A DNA stretch of 64,000 nt from Alphaproteobacteria bacterium (GCA_964291395.2 OZ219856.1:768001-832000), one strand, 5' to 3'; positions 10,653 through 20,848 are shown, counted from the stretch's first letter. Notes: generated from the letters alone by a model not told the origin. Numbers and translations: made by a program.

Positions 10653-11123
10653 TCACGTCGGCGTGCCCCCGTCCGTGTCCGGCCCGGACGAGGGCGTCGA
10701 GGACCTCCGCGAGTCCGACTGCGTCCGCTTGCGCGCCGCCGCGACGGCGACGCGCCGCGAGAAAAAACCGGAATTCGCGCTCCACATCGCCTCCGAGACG
10801 GCCTCGCCGTCGGCGTCCGAGAGCCGCGCCAGCCACTCCGGATCGCGCCCGCAAGCGCGCCCGGCGAGGGTCAGCCAGAGATCGGCGTGCTCTCCCAGGA
10901 TGCCGGCGATGCCGCCCGCGTTGATGTCCTCGTCCTCCGCGACCAGCTCCGCCAGCGCCTCGATCAGGGGCCGCGCCAGCGCTTGGGCTTCCAGACTCTC
11001 GCGGAAGCGGAACTCCCGCATCGTGAGCGTGACATCCTCGCCGGTGTCCGGGTCCCGGACGGTGAGCTCGACGTCTGGAAAGAGGATCTCGAGCTCCTCG
11101 GCGGGATCGGGGCGGTCCGTCAT
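10653..11123 (-). CDS. Tail assembly chaperone (G); -1 frameshift product GT extends to 10552
   Basis: ELEILFPD...WSANSGFF between tail tube and TMP; in-frame slippery T-TTT-TTC at 10767-10761; -1 frame gives LAEVLDALVRAGH...LTWRQIEAF. Confidence 0.8.
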   Translation of the reverse strand: MTDRPDPAEELEILFPDVELTVRDPDTGEDVTLTMREFRFRESLEAQALARPLIEALAELVAEDEDINAGGIAGILGEHADLWLTLAGRACGRDPEWLARLSDADGEAVSEAMWSANSGFFSRRVAVAAARKRTQSDSRRSSTPSSGPDTDGGTPT

Positions 11124-11175
11124 CAGACGGCCTCCCCGTCGGTCATGATCCCGGTCTCCGTCGCGGGGCCGGCCA

Positions 11176-12129
11176 TCAGCTCTCGACTCCGTCGATCAGC
11201 AGCACCGGATGTGCGCCGCCCGGCTCGACGATCGCGGCGATCAGCGTGGCCTGCTGCTCGGTATCGCGGCTCTTCAGCGCGAAGTCGCCACCCGGCCGGA
11301 TGTTGCACTTGCGGGCGTAGACGTGGCGGCCCTTGGCGCCGATGGCGTCATCGCCGTCCTCCAGGTACCGCACGGCGGCCGTGATCTGGCCGGGCGAGGT
11401 GACCTCGACCTTCTTGCGGTCGGCCACCGCGACGGCGTCGTAGAGCACGACGATCTCGGCCTCGGCCTCGTTGGCCGCGACGACGTTGGTGCTGCCGGGC
11501 TCGATGTAGATCCGCCCCCGCTCGTGGTCGACCTGGAAATCGTTCGTCGCCTTGTCGGGATCCGTGGTCTCGGAGAGCGCCGCCCCGATGCCGCTGCCGG
11601 CGACGGCGCCGTTGGCCTTCAACTGCGCGAGCGTCGCGTTGCCGAAATTCCCGGCGTTGGTGATCTTGCGCAGCTTCAGCTTGCCGGCCTTGTCCGAGAC
11701 CCTGGCATGGCCTTCGACCGAGCCCGCCGCGGCCTTGTCCGCGCCGTTGAAGCTCTGGCCGCTCAGCCCGAGCTGGTACCAGCGGCCCTTCCGCACGGTG
11801 ATGCGGTCGTACTGCTCGGCCGCCGCGGCCGCGGCGGCCGCGACCGCGTCGCCGCCGAAGAACAGCCTCGCGTTCTCCAGCGACTGGTCGTGCAGGACGA
11901 TCGTCAGCGTGCGGGCGACCGAGCGCTGCTGCTGCACCAGGCTCTGCGCGACCGCGCCGTCGCCGCTCTGGATCGTGACCTCGTCGGCGGTGATGCCGAT
12001 GGTGGCGCTCACGCTGTCGCCGAGGTAGCGCTCGCCGCTGCGGTCGCCGTCGGCGTCCAGCAGGTCGAGATAGATCTCCCCGGCACCCAGGAAGACGTTG
12101 TTTTCGTGCCGTTCTCTCGCGAGTGTCAT
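11176..12129 (-). CDS. Major tail tube protein, D3112/B3-like siphophage type
   Basis: NVFLGAGEIY...GERYLGD...DFQVDHERGRIYI...IRPGGDFALKS; no sheath gene present. Confidence 0.8.
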   Translation of the reverse strand: MTLARERHENNVFLGAGEIYLDLLDADGDRSGERYLGDSVSATIGITADEVTIQSGDGAVAQSLVQQQRSVARTLTIVLHDQSLENARLFFGGDAVAAAAAAAAEQYDRITVRKGRWYQLGLSGQSFNGADKAAAGSVEGHARVSDKAGKLKLRKITNAGNFGNATLAQLKANGAVAGSGIGAALSETTDPDKATNDFQVDHERGRIYIEPGSTNVVAANEAEAEIVVLYDAVAVADRKKVEVTSPGQITAAVRYLEDGDDAIGAKGRHVYARKCNIRPGGDFALKSRDTEQQATLIAAIVEPGGAHPVLLIDGVES

Positions 12130-12151
12130 GGTTGCCTCCATAAGGGTGGGT

Positions 12152-12607
12152 TCATGGTTTCGTGCTCAGGGTCCAGGGCATCACGTAGGTGTCGCTCCAG
12201 TAGACCTGTCCCTCGCCGATCTCCTCCAGCCGGCCGGAGCGGCCGGGGTTGAGCTGCAGCGGCGCGTCGGCGCCGCCGGGCGTCCAGCCGAGCAGCTCCC
12301 CGCGCGTGGCCGCGACGATGCGCCCGAGCTCGGCGCGGGCGTTCGCGCCTTGCGGGTCGTTGGGCGCTCCGATCACGTGGAGGACCGCGATCAGCCCGGA
12401 CATCTTCTGCAGGGCCCGGGCGCGGCCGCCGAGGTTGCCGGCGGCCTGGTCGGCCACCGGGTAGACGATCGCCGCTGGCAGCTTGGGCTGGCGGTTCCGG
12501 GCGGCCTCGAGCACGCTTTCGACCGACTTGAGATCCTCCACCGTCGTGGCGAGCCGGTCGCGGATCTGCTCGACCGCGTCGAACGTGGCGTCGAGACGGG
12601 GGCTCAC
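12152..12607 (-). CDS. Tail terminator / Mu gp37-like
   Basis: Position after gp36; PAAIVYP and LLGWTP motifs. Confidence 0.7.
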   Translation of the reverse strand: MSPRLDATFDAVEQIRDRLATTVEDLKSVESVLEAARNRQPKLPAAIVYPVADQAAGNLGGRARALQKMSGLIAVLHVIGAPNDPQGANARAELGRIVAATRGELLGWTPGGADAPLQLNPGRSGRLEEIGEGQVYWSDTYVMPWTLSTKP

Positions 12608-12620
12608 GGCGCGCCCTCCA

Positions 12621-13028
12621 TCACCAGCCCCCGAGCCGGTCCCGGGTGAAGGTCCGGCGCCCCGGCGTCGCCGTGCCCGCGTCGGCGCGGACCGCCGGCC
12701 GCCCCTGCGAGTCGACGAGACGGACGCTGCCGTCCGCGATGTCGCCGAGCTGCTTGCGGGCCGCCGCGGCGTTGGCGCTCACCCGCTCCGGCGGGGCGTC
12801 GTCGTAGAGCAGGCCGCGGGCGAGGTCGCACTGAATCCTGAGGAGCGTCGGCCACGCGCCGGCGGGCAGGGGCAGGCGGAAGGCCGGCGCCAGGCGGCCG
12901 TCGATCTCCGCCGCCGCGTCGGCGAGCACCGCCGTGATCCGGGCGGCGCCGTCCGCGCCGTCGGCGAGCTTGAGGATCTCGGCGGCGCCGAAGCGGCTTT
13001 CCAGGTCCCGGCGCGTGGCGTAGGTCAT
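12621..13028 (-). CDS. Mu gp36-like head-tail connector (DUF1320)
   Basis: MTYATRRDLESRFG...DAAAEIDGRL...CDLARGLLY...FTRDRL. Confidence 0.88.
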   Translation of the reverse strand: MTYATRRDLESRFGAAEILKLADGADGAARITAVLADAAAEIDGRLAPAFRLPLPAGAWPTLLRIQCDLARGLLYDDAPPERVSANAAAARKQLGDIADGSVRLVDSQGRPAVRADAGTATPGRRTFTRDRLGGW

Positions 13029-13448
13029 GCCGCGGCCGCCGTCTGCCGGTGGTCCTCCCAGGCCGCGTCGCGCTCGGCCGCGCTGACGCCTTGGTCAGGC
13101 CGCTGGCGGCTTCCAGCGCCCGGACCCCGGGCTTGCCCGACCTGGTGAAGTGATCGGGGTTGTCGGGATCGAGCCCGGCGCCGCGGCGACCAGCCGGGAC
13201 CGGCGGCCGGCCGCGGCGCCGATCTCGGCGAATTTCTTCGGATCCTCCGACAGGTGCTTGAGGATTTTCTGGACCTCGCCGGCCGTGTCCGCGACGACGA
13301 GCATCGGCTCGGCGCGGAGCCGTTCGAGCTGCTCCTCGCTCCAGTGCCCGGCCGGGTACTCGACCGGGCTGGCCGGGTGCGGGACGCCGCAGCGGTGGAA
13401 ACCGTCGCGGCGGGCGGTGACGGTCACCGCGGGGGTGGCGTGTTCCAT
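13025..13448 (-). pseudogene. Mu gp35 / HI1506-like protein with two frameshifts
   Basis: RDGFHRCG...LRAEPMLVV N-terminus; C-terminal DHFTRSGKP...VSAAERDAAW is spread over two other frames. Confidence 0.7.
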
Positions 13449-13458
13449 GCGGGCCTCC

Positions 13459-14361
13459 CTAGGCGAGCCAGGGAACGACGACGAGCTCGGCGGTGCCGCG
13501 CCAGACGTTGGTCGCCCCGTTCGCGTCGCGCTCCGCGTTGAGGATTTCGAGCCCCGCTTCCCGCAGCGCCGGCGGCACCACCAGATGCGTCGGCACGATG
13601 CCGAGGGGGCGGCCGTAATCGCCCTTCATGCCTTCGAGGGCCTGGTAGGCCGCCTTGAAGTTGGCCTTGTCGAGGGTCTGCTTCGAGCCGTAGGCCTTCT
13701 GCCAGAGACCGAAGCCGACGTTGGACCGCGCGTGCACGCCGTAGAGAAACTCCCGGCGCATGAAGACGTTATCGTCCTCCTCGCGGTCCTTGCGGACGAT
13801 GTTGTCGGCGCGCTTGCGCTGCTGGAAGACGAGCGGCTTCGCCGTCCCCCGCAGATCCATCAGGAACCAGGCGGTGCCGTTGCCGCCGCCCGAATTGGAA
13901 ACGGTGGTCGCGCCGCCGTCCGCCTCGAGCACCGGATGGTCGGTGTCGAAGAAGTACTGGCCGTCGTAGCAGGTCTTGGCGAAGCCGTCCTTGAGCAGCT
14001 TCCACACGAGCTCGTCGGGATGGGCCGCGACCGCCTCGCCCAGCGCCGTGAACATCGGCGCGTAGACGCCGTACCTGTCGTCCTCGATGTGGTTGCGGTC
14101 GACCTCGATCGTGTCCTCGAAGTCGCGGTTGCGCAGCGTGTAGCCGTGCTGGCGCAGGTTCTCGATCACGCGCTCGCCGACCCATTCCTTGAGGCCCGGG
14201 ATCTTGCCGAGCCAGGCGTAGACCTCCTCGGCCGTGCTCGACGGCACGGTCATTGCGACCTGCGTGTACTGGCTGTTCGCCTGCATGGCGGCGAGGCCCG
14301 TCCTGAAGGCGGCGTTGTAGCTGGCGAACAGGGTGTCCATGTTGGCGCGGTTGATGAGCAT
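13459..14361 (-). CDS. Mu-like major capsid protein gpT
   Basis: MTVPSSTAEEVYAWLGKIPGLKEWVGER, CYDGQYFFDTDHPV, GFGLWQKAYGS, VVVPWL. Confidence 0.96.
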   Translation of the reverse strand: MLINRANMDTLFASYNAAFRTGLAAMQANSQYTQVAMTVPSSTAEEVYAWLGKIPGLKEWVGERVIENLRQHGYTLRNRDFEDTIEVDRNHIEDDRYGVYAPMFTALGEAVAAHPDELVWKLLKDGFAKTCYDGQYFFDTDHPVLEADGGATTVSNSGGGNGTAWFLMDLRGTAKPLVFQQRKRADNIVRKDREEDDNVFMRREFLYGVHARSNVGFGLWQKAYGSKQTLDKANFKAAYQALEGMKGDYGRPLGIVPTHLVVPPALREAGLEILNAERDANGATNVWRGTAELVVVPWLA

Positions 14362-14379
14362 CTTGCGAGGGCCCTCCGC

Positions 14380-14811
14380 TCAGGAGTTGAAGAAAATGCC
14401 GGTGGCGACCCAGGCGCCCCGGTCGTCGACGTCGACCAGCCGTCCGGCGGGCGTGGCGTTCGCGTTCTGGCTCTTGCGGACGGTCTGGTCGTCCTCGACG
14501 TAGACCTTGTCGCCGATCTCGGCGATCGCGACCTTGTCGGTCGCCAGGTTGTCCCAGAGGAAGATGCCGGTGCGCACCCGCACGCTCCGGTCGCCGTTCG
14601 AGTCGGCCGCCGGGCTGGTCACCGTCTCCTCGGCGCGGCCGACGGTGACCTGGTCGGCCGCCTTCGACGCCGGGATCAGGTAGCCGTCCGCGTCGAGCTG
14701 GACGAGCGATCCGGCATGGATGGTGTCGCCCTTCTTCATGCCGTAGGCGCGGACGAAGTCGATGCCGCCGCCGAGCCGCCTGGTGTCGCGGTCCCTGGTG
14801 AGCGCCGCCAT
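14380..14811 (-). CDS. Capsid cement/decoration protein (DUF2190-like)
   Basis: MAALTRDRDT...GRAEETV...VYVEDDQTV...GAWV between protease and capsid. Confidence 0.8.
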   Translation of the reverse strand: MAALTRDRDTRRLGGGIDFVRAYGMKKGDTIHAGSLVQLDADGYLIPASKAADQVTVGRAEETVTSPAADSNGDRSVRVRTGIFLWDNLATDKVAIAEIGDKVYVEDDQTVRKSQNANATPAGRLVDVDDRGAWVATGIFFNS

Positions 14812-14812
14812 G

Positions 14813-15766
14813 TCAGGCCTCCTCGGTCTGCGCCGCGAGCGCCTTCCGGGACGCCCGGAAGTCCTCCTCGCTGACGCCGGTGGCGCGGCAGACCGCGCGT
14901 TCCTCGGCGGTGAGCGCGTCGCCGCCTTCGCCCGGCGCGGCCGCGGGAACCGCCCGCCCGTCGCCGAGGATCGCCGGCGCGCCCTCGACGAACTCGGCGA
15001 AGCCGGCCGCGTCCTTCCTGGCGTAGCCGAGCGCCCAGTCCCGGCTCGCCGGCGTGACCTTGCCGGCCTTCACCGCCGCGTCGACGGCGGCTGTCGCGCG
15101 CGCCTCGGCGCCCTCGGTCTCGAGCCGGGCCAGCGTCTCGCGCAGCCGGTCGAACTCGGCGCGCGGCACGAACTCGTCGGGGTCGGGGTCGGGGTCGCCG
15201 CCGGCCGCGGCGGCGGCCTCGAGGATCTCCGCCTCGCCGGCCTCGTCGGCGAGGCCCAGGGCCGTCCTGAGCTTGTCGAGGTCCATGTCGGTCTCCGTTC
15301 GTGGTTGGGTGGATGCGATCGCCCGCATGAACATCGCGGGATCGTTGGTGAGCGCGGCGCCGGTGATGCGGCGCACGACGCGGGTGGCGGTCTCGTAGCG
15401 GAACACCGGGCTGACGAAGCGGTACTCGCGGGCCCCGATCATCGCGGCGGCGCGCTCGGTCCACTCGACCTCGCCCCACACCGCCCCGTCGCGCTCGAAC
15501 ACCCGCCTGATCCAGCCGGCCGCCGGCGCGGGCTGGCCGTTGGCGGCGCTGCGGTCGCTCTGGTGGTCGTAGTCGACCGCCAGATCGAGGGCCAGCTCGC
15601 GGGTCGCCGCGACCACGGCGCCGGCGTCCGGATTGTGCCAGGGCGGGCGGCCGTCGTGGGGCCGGGTCGGGATCTCGCCCGCCGGCAGCAGCAGGATCTC
15701 GCGGGGAGGCTGGGCTGCGGCCGGCAGTGCCACCGCCGCGGCCGCGCGTGGGTGTTTCGGGTCCAT
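14813..15766 (-). CDS. Mu-like prohead protease gpI / scaffold
   Basis: DYDHQS, PAPAAGWI, VEWTERA, EYRFVSPVF, GAALTNDP. Confidence 0.94.
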   Translation of the reverse strand: MDPKHPRAAAAVALPAAAQPPREILLLPAGEIPTRPHDGRPPWHNPDAGAVVAATRELALDLAVDYDHQSDRSAANGQPAPAAGWIRRVFERDGAVWGEVEWTERAAAMIGAREYRFVSPVFRYETATRVVRRITGAALTNDPAMFMRAIASTQPRTETDMDLDKLRTALGLADEAGEAEILEAAAAAGGDPDPDPDEFVPRAEFDRLRETLARLETEGAEARATAAVDAAVKAGKVTPASRDWALGYARKDAAGFAEFVEGAPAILGDGRAVPAAAPGEGGDALTAEERAVCRATGVSEEDFRASRKALAAQTEEA

Positions 15767-15774
15767 GGGCGGCG

Positions 15775-15820
15775 ATTATCGGCCCGGCCGCCGAACCGCG
15801 TCAGGGGAACATGTTCCCCC
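15775..15820 (-). promoter_or_regulatory. Late promoter 1: palindrome GGGGAACATGTTCCCC + TGACGC-N17-GATAAT
   Basis: 23 bp identical to 39183-39205 with the same 17-bp spacing; -10 lies 8 nt before the gpI ATG (near-leaderless). Confidence 0.8.
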
Positions 15821-15966
15821 GAGGCGGGGCGGGGGAGAGGGAGCGATCTCGCGTCTCGTCGCGGGGGGCGGCTTGATCCTCTCCTATGGAGAGCTCAAGG
15901 GCAGGATGTCTGTCTGCGCGCGCTCGAGCAGGTCCCGAGCGAATGGCCTGTGCCGGCGCCGAACTG

Positions 15967-16715
15967 CTACTGCCGCGCTCCTCCAGTCAGCGACCGCGCG
16001 GTCCATATGACCTCGCCGACGGTCTCCGCGTCGTCGGGCCAGGGCACCGGCGCCCAGGCCGGATGATCGCTCTCCAGAAGCCAGCCGCCGCCGTCGTCCT
16101 TGCCGGCGCGCTTGGCGATCAGGCCGTCCCCGGTTCTCAGCACGTAGACGCGGCCCCGGCGCACAGGCGCCGCCGCGTGCGCGTGCGATCCACCAGGATC
16201 GAGCAGCCGTCCGGCAAGGCCGGTTCCATCGATTCGCCCGTCACCCCGATCACCACGCAGCGGGCCGGATCGAGGCCGCGCCGGTCCAGCCAGTCGCGGC
16301 GGAACCAGAGCCGGCCCACCACCTCCTCCGACGCCGCGTCCGCGCCGCCGCCCGCGGCGGCGGCCAGTTCGACGACGTCCACCGGGCGGGCGCCGGCAAC
16401 GTCGTCCGCGTCGTTCGCCGGCGCCAGGTCCGCGGCCCGGGCGGCCCGCGCCTGCAGCCGCTCCAGCTCGGCGGCGACCTCGCGCAACTGCTTCCTGATC
16501 GCGCCGTGGTCCGGCCCCGCGCGCGGCGGGCCGACGTAGAACTCGAGACCGAGGGCGTCCGCCAGCTCGACGGCGCGCGAGAGACGCGGGTCGTGGCCGA
16601 CCAGGACGCTGCGGATGGCGTCCCTGGGCAGCCCCGCCTCCACGGCGGTTCCGGCGAGCGACCGGTCGGCCAGCGCCGTCCTCAGGGCTTCCCGAAACTC
16701 CTCCAGCACGCTCAT
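15967..16715 (-). pseudogene. CI-like HTH + S24 peptidase repressor, frameshifted between catalytic Ser and Lys
   Basis: HTH N-terminus and GESMEP in one frame; RVYV...LIAKR...LESDHP...VGEVIW in another; shift near 16160. Confidence 0.85.
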
Positions 16716-16718
16716 GCA

Positions 16719-16815
16719 TGGCATATATGCCACGATCAGGGGGGAAACGAAAGGCGTCGAAAAAATTCCATTCCCTCTTGCGCGTATGTCGAATGTATGC
16801 AATATATCGTTGCAT
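16719..16815. promoter_or_regulatory. Divergent repressor/Mor promoter region with candidate operators
   Basis: Perfect palindrome TGGCATATATGCCA 16719-16732; ATGCAA-N7-TTGCAT 16797-16815; locally AT-rich. Confidence 0.55.
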
Positions 16816-16934
16816 GTTTTCGACGGACCGGATCGAATGCCTGACCGCGCTTTACCTCGGGGCGGGCGGCTGCGGGCGCGGCCCGGCGGGATCGTCGACG
16901 ATGTCCGGGCGGCCGCCTCGGGTGCCGCGGGGCC

Positions 16935-17303
16935 ATGGCTGACGCGCCGCTGCCCGGCGTGCTCGCCGAGGTCGAGACGGTCGCCGGACGCGAGGCGGCC
17001 CTCGGCCTCGCGCTGGCGCTCGGCGGCCAGTCGATCCACGTCCCGCGGCCGGAAAATCTCCACGCCGGTCATCCCCTGGCCGTGGCGGCCGGGGCGGGCG
17101 CCGGGGCGATCGCCGAGTACTTCGCGGGCGAGAGCGTCTACGTGCCGCACGCGAGGTCCGCGCTCGTCCTGCACCTGACCGAAATCGGGCACGGCACCCG
17201 CCAGATCGCCGCCCGCCTCGGCATTTCCCCCCGCGCCGTGCGCCAGCACCGCCGTCGGCAGCGCGGGGGCGTGTTACCCTCTCACGGGTCCACGGCCTCG
17301 TAG
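16935..17303 (+). CDS. Mor/C-like late transcription activator
   Basis: LPGVLAEV...GREAAL...GGQSIHVP...C-terminal HTH TRQIAARLGISPRAVR. Confidence 0.8.
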   Translation: MADAPLPGVLAEVETVAGREAALGLALALGGQSIHVPRPENLHAGHPLAVAAGAGAGAIAEYFAGESVYVPHARSALVLHLTEIGHGTRQIAARLGISPRAVRQHRRRQRGGVLPSHGSTAS

Positions 17304-17376
17304 CGCGCGCCGTTCGGCCGGTCGACCCCGTTGCGGGAGGAGGGCGCGCGTGCGCCTTCGCGACCTTGGAGACGCG

Positions 17377-17868
17377 ATGATGAACGAGTTTGCGGAGATG
17401 TATGCGCCGCGGGACGAACGTCCCTTCGAGGCCAGATACCGGGCCGCTTGCCACTGCGAGGCGGTGCGCTACGAAGTCTGCGCCGATCCGGTCGACGCCA
17501 AGATCTGTCACTGCCCCGTCTGCCGGAAATTGCACGGCGCGCCGATGCAGTGGGCGGCGATCTTTCACAAGCACCACGTCAGGTTCGTGGCGGGGATCGA
17601 TCGCCTTCGCTTCTACAACAGCGGTCTCGACGAGCCGGCGAGGCTCCTCCCGTGCAAGGTCGGTTGCGCCCTGTGCGGCACGCCGATCGCCGACGAGGGC
17701 CGCCGGATGTGGCTGGCGTTTCCCTCGCTCTTCGATTTCGGGGCGCCGCCGCAGGTCCCGGAGCCCTTCAGGCCGACCTGTCACATCTTCTACGGCGCCC
17801 GCATGATCGACGTGCACGACGGTCTGCCCAAATGGTCGGGCCACAGGAACGACTCGGTCCTCCTGTAG
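17377..17868 (+). CDS. GFA (CENP-V) family protein
   Basis: CHCEAV, CHCPVCRKLHG, CALCGT, PTCHIFY. Confidence 0.88.
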   Translation: MMNEFAEMYAPRDERPFEARYRAACHCEAVRYEVCADPVDAKICHCPVCRKLHGAPMQWAAIFHKHHVRFVAGIDRLRFYNSGLDEPARLLPCKVGCALCGTPIADEGRRMWLAFPSLFDFGAPPQVPEPFRPTCHIFYGARMIDVHDGLPKWSGHRNDSVLL

Positions 17869-18020
17869 GCTTGTCCGCGCGCACGCCCCGACACGCAACC
17901 ATCACGAATTCGTCACTGAACCGCAACGGTTCGTCGCTATTAGGAACGACGGGAGCCGCGACCGCGCGGGCCCGTCTCGTTTTCGTTCCGACCATTCAAG
18001 TCGCCTCAGGGGAGTGGAGA

Positions 18021-19928
18021 ATGCCAGCTAAGAGAATCGTTGAATCCGAAGAGATTTCTTTCGACGAGTTCGATGAAATCAACAATCCTCCGCCGGCGGA
18101 AACCGATTTCAGCGAGCTCGCCGAAAAGGCCATTTCGCGCCGCGGTCTTCTCGGCACCGGCATGGCGTTCGGCACGGCTGCGTTGGTCATGGGCACGTCG
18201 GGCCTGACCCCGGTGTCGGCGCTCGCCGCAACCCGGCGCGTCGGTTTTGAGCCTGTCGCCGCCAACGGTCTCGACACCGTCACCGTACCCAAGGGTTACA
18301 GCTGGCATATCGTCGCCAGATGGGGTGATCCGATGTGGTCGAATTCAATCGAATTCGACCAGGCCACGCGCGGCAGCGGCGCCAGCCAGGAGCTCGCGTT
18401 CGGCGACAACTGCGACGGCATGGCGCTGTTTGCCGACGGCGGCAGGAGCGTACTGGCGGTCAACAACGAGTACGTCAATCGGAGCATCATCTACGGCGGC
18501 GTCGGCACGGGCGAGCCGCAGAACGCCGACGACGTGCGCAAGGGCAAGGCCGGCCACGGAGTCTCGGTGATCGAAATCGCCCAGGTCGACGGTAGATGGT
18601 CGATCGTCAAGGATTCACCCTACAACCGTCGCATCACCGCCGATACGCCGATGGAGATCACCGGCCCGGCGCGCGGTCACGATCTCATGAAAACCGCCGC
18701 CGACCCGTCGGGCACCGGGTCCAAGGGCACGTGGAACAACTGCGGCAACGGCCGCACGCCCTGGGGCACGTACCTGACCTGCGAGGAGAACTTCAACGGC
18801 TATTTCTCGTCGAGCGACCCCGACCTTGAGATCGGTGCCGAATTGAAGCGCTACGGCGTCGGCCTCGAAGACTGGGGTTACGCCTGGGCCACCGCGGACG
18901 AACGCTTCGATGTCGCCACGCACCCCAATGAACCCAACCGCGCCGGCTATGTCGTGGAGATCGACCCGCTGGACCCGACGTCGACGCCCAGGAAGCGCAC
19001 GGCGCTGGGCCGCTTCAAGCATGAGAACGCCGACGTCGTCCTCGCCGCAAGCGGCCAGGTGGTCGTTTACATGGGCGACGACGAGCGCGGCGAGTTCCTC
19101 TACAAATTCGTCAGCGACGGCCACTACGTCGAGGGCGGCGACAACGCGGACCTGCTGGAAACGGGAAAGTTGTACGTTGCGAAGTTCGCCGACGGCGGCC
19201 GTGGCGAATGGGTCGAATTGACACCCGCGTCGGCCGGCATGAAATCGCAGGCCGAGATCTGCATCCACACCCGGCAGGCCGCATCCGCGGTCGGTGCGAC
19301 GACCATGGACCGGCCCGAGTGGATCGCCTCCAACCCGCACAGGGCCGAAACCTATTGCTGCCTCACCAACAACAAGAATCGTGGCGTCAAGCCCAACGCC
19401 GGCGGCGACGCGACCCCGGTCGGCGGTCCCAACCCGCGCGAGAAGAACCTCTATGGGCAGATCGTGCGCTGGATTCCGGACGGCGGCGATCACCTCGCCG
19501 GCACCTTCGCCTGGGACCTGTACGTGATCGCCGGCAACCCGTCGGTATACGACGACGCGAGAGGGGGCTCGAAGAACGTCAACGCGGGCAACATGTTCAA
19601 CTCGCCCGACGGTCTTGCGTTCGACGGGAACGGCATGCTGTGGATCCAGACCGACGGCGACTACTCCAACGACAAGGACTTCGCCGGCCAGGGCAACAAC
19701 CAGATGTTGGTGGGCGATCCGGCGACGGGGGAGATCTGCCGCTTCCTCGTCGGCCCCAGGCAGTGCGAGGTCACCGGAATAACCTGGAGCGCAGACCGCA
19801 AGACCATGTTTGTCGGCATCCAGCACCCGGGCGAACGCGGCGACAGCCGTTTCCCCGACGGCGGCGGCACCGCGCCGCGGTCGGCGGTGATAGCGATCAC
19901 CAGGGACGATGGCGGCCTGATCGGCTGA
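18021..19928 (+). CDS. phoX: PhoX-family alkaline phosphatase, Tat-exported
   Basis: SRRGLL Tat motif; NNCGNGRTPWGTYLTCEEN, LGRFKHE, MDRPEW, SPDGL, IQHPG. Confidence 0.93.
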   Translation: MPAKRIVESEEISFDEFDEINNPPPAETDFSELAEKAISRRGLLGTGMAFGTAALVMGTSGLTPVSALAATRRVGFEPVAANGLDTVTVPKGYSWHIVARWGDPMWSNSIEFDQATRGSGASQELAFGDNCDGMALFADGGRSVLAVNNEYVNRSIIYGGVGTGEPQNADDVRKGKAGHGVSVIEIAQVDGRWSIVKDSPYNRRITADTPMEITGPARGHDLMKTAADPSGTGSKGTWNNCGNGRTPWGTYLTCEENFNGYFSSSDPDLEIGAELKRYGVGLEDWGYAWATADERFDVATHPNEPNRAGYVVEIDPLDPTSTPRKRTALGRFKHENADVVLAASGQVVVYMGDDERGEFLYKFVSDGHYVEGGDNADLLETGKLYVAKFADGGRGEWVELTPASAGMKSQAEICIHTRQAASAVGATTMDRPEWIASNPHRAETYCCLTNNKNRGVKPNAGGDATPVGGPNPREKNLYGQIVRWIPDGGDHLAGTFAWDLYVIAGNPSVYDDARGGSKNVNAGNMFNSPDGLAFDGNGMLWIQTDGDYSNDKDFAGQGNNQMLVGDPATGEICRFLVGPRQCEVTGITWSADRKTMFVGIQHPGERGDSRFPDGGGTAPRSAVIAITRDDGGLIG

Positions 19929-20272
19929 TTGCGGCCGGCTCCACGGACCGCCGGGCGGGGTTCACCGCACGGTCGAGGGCGGAGACATCCCGGGTCCGGG
20001 TAGTGGGTCGGTTTGAAAATGGTTGGGGGGCGCCAAGGCGCCCCCTCGCTCGTCTTTCCCGCAATTCGTATCACTCGGCTGGTCTTCCCGACGCACCTTC
20101 GCGGCCACGCTCGCGACCCGCGACCTGATCCATCGCTCCTGAATGCGCACCCGGCAATCTTGAGTCGGTTTCCGCGATGGGTTTTCGAGCGGTGATCGCG
20201 AACTGGACGAGCCGGGTCAAGTGTCATACCTTGTCGGACATCCTGCCGATTGCGGCACGAAGGACTCCCGGT

Positions 20273-20557
20273 GTGACGAGCGAACGGCTCAGCCTGCGAA
20301 TCGACGCAGACCTTAAACGGCGCCTGGAACGAGAGGCAAGGCGCGAGGAGCGTTCCGCGTCCTACCTTGCCGTCAAGGCGATCGAGGCGCTGCTGCGCGG
20401 TCGGGAGGAGAAGAGGAAAGCGATTCGGACGGCCATCGCGGAGGCCGCCGAAGGCGCCTTCATCTCCCAGGATGCCATGGATGCGTGGATTTCCTCTTGG
20501 GATACGGAGTCCGAGTTGCCGCCGCCCGAGCCCGATATCCGCTTCGATTCAAAGTGA
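20273..20557 (+). CDS. CopG/RHH antitoxin
   Basis: SLRIDADLKRRLE...SWDTESELPPP upstream of ParE. Confidence 0.8.
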   Translation: MTSERLSLRIDADLKRRLEREARREERSASYLAVKAIEALLRGREEKRKAIRTAIAEAAEGAFISQDAMDAWISSWDTESELPPPEPDIRFDSK

Positions 20558-20560
20558 TCG

Positions 20561-20848
20561 ATGAAGCTCGTTTTCCTGCCGTCCACGCGTCCGGATCTGC
20601 TGTGGATGCGCACCTACTACACTCAGATATTCCCGGACGGCGCGAAGCGCGCCGCCGAACACTATGGCAGGGCCTGCCGCGCAATCCGGGACAATCCCTC
20701 GATCGGCCACCCCGTCGAGGACATGGCGGAGATACGAGAGTTCTCGATCCCGCGCACCCCCTTCTCGTTTATCTACCGGGTCGTCGAGGATCGGATAGAA
20801 GTGTTGCGGGTCTGGGATCAACGCGGCGATCGTTCGAGGCTCGGCTGA
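20561..20848 (+). CDS. RelE/ParE toxin
   Basis: 95 aa; PFSFIYRV...IEVLRVWDQR. Confidence 0.85.
   Translation: MKLVFLPSTRPDLLWMRTYYTQIFPDGAKRAAEHYGRACRAIRDNPSIGHPVEDMAEIREFSIPRTPFSFIYRVVEDRIEVLRVWDQRGDRSRLG

Noticed and set aside
7863-15766. Tailocin or contractile injection system
   Set aside because: Capsid, protease, portal and terminase are present, and there is no sheath or baseplate.
15804-15819. LexA box
   Set aside because: GAAC-N2-GTTC fits neither the alphaproteobacterial GTTC-N7-GTTC nor the Gram-positive GAAC-N4-GTTC box.
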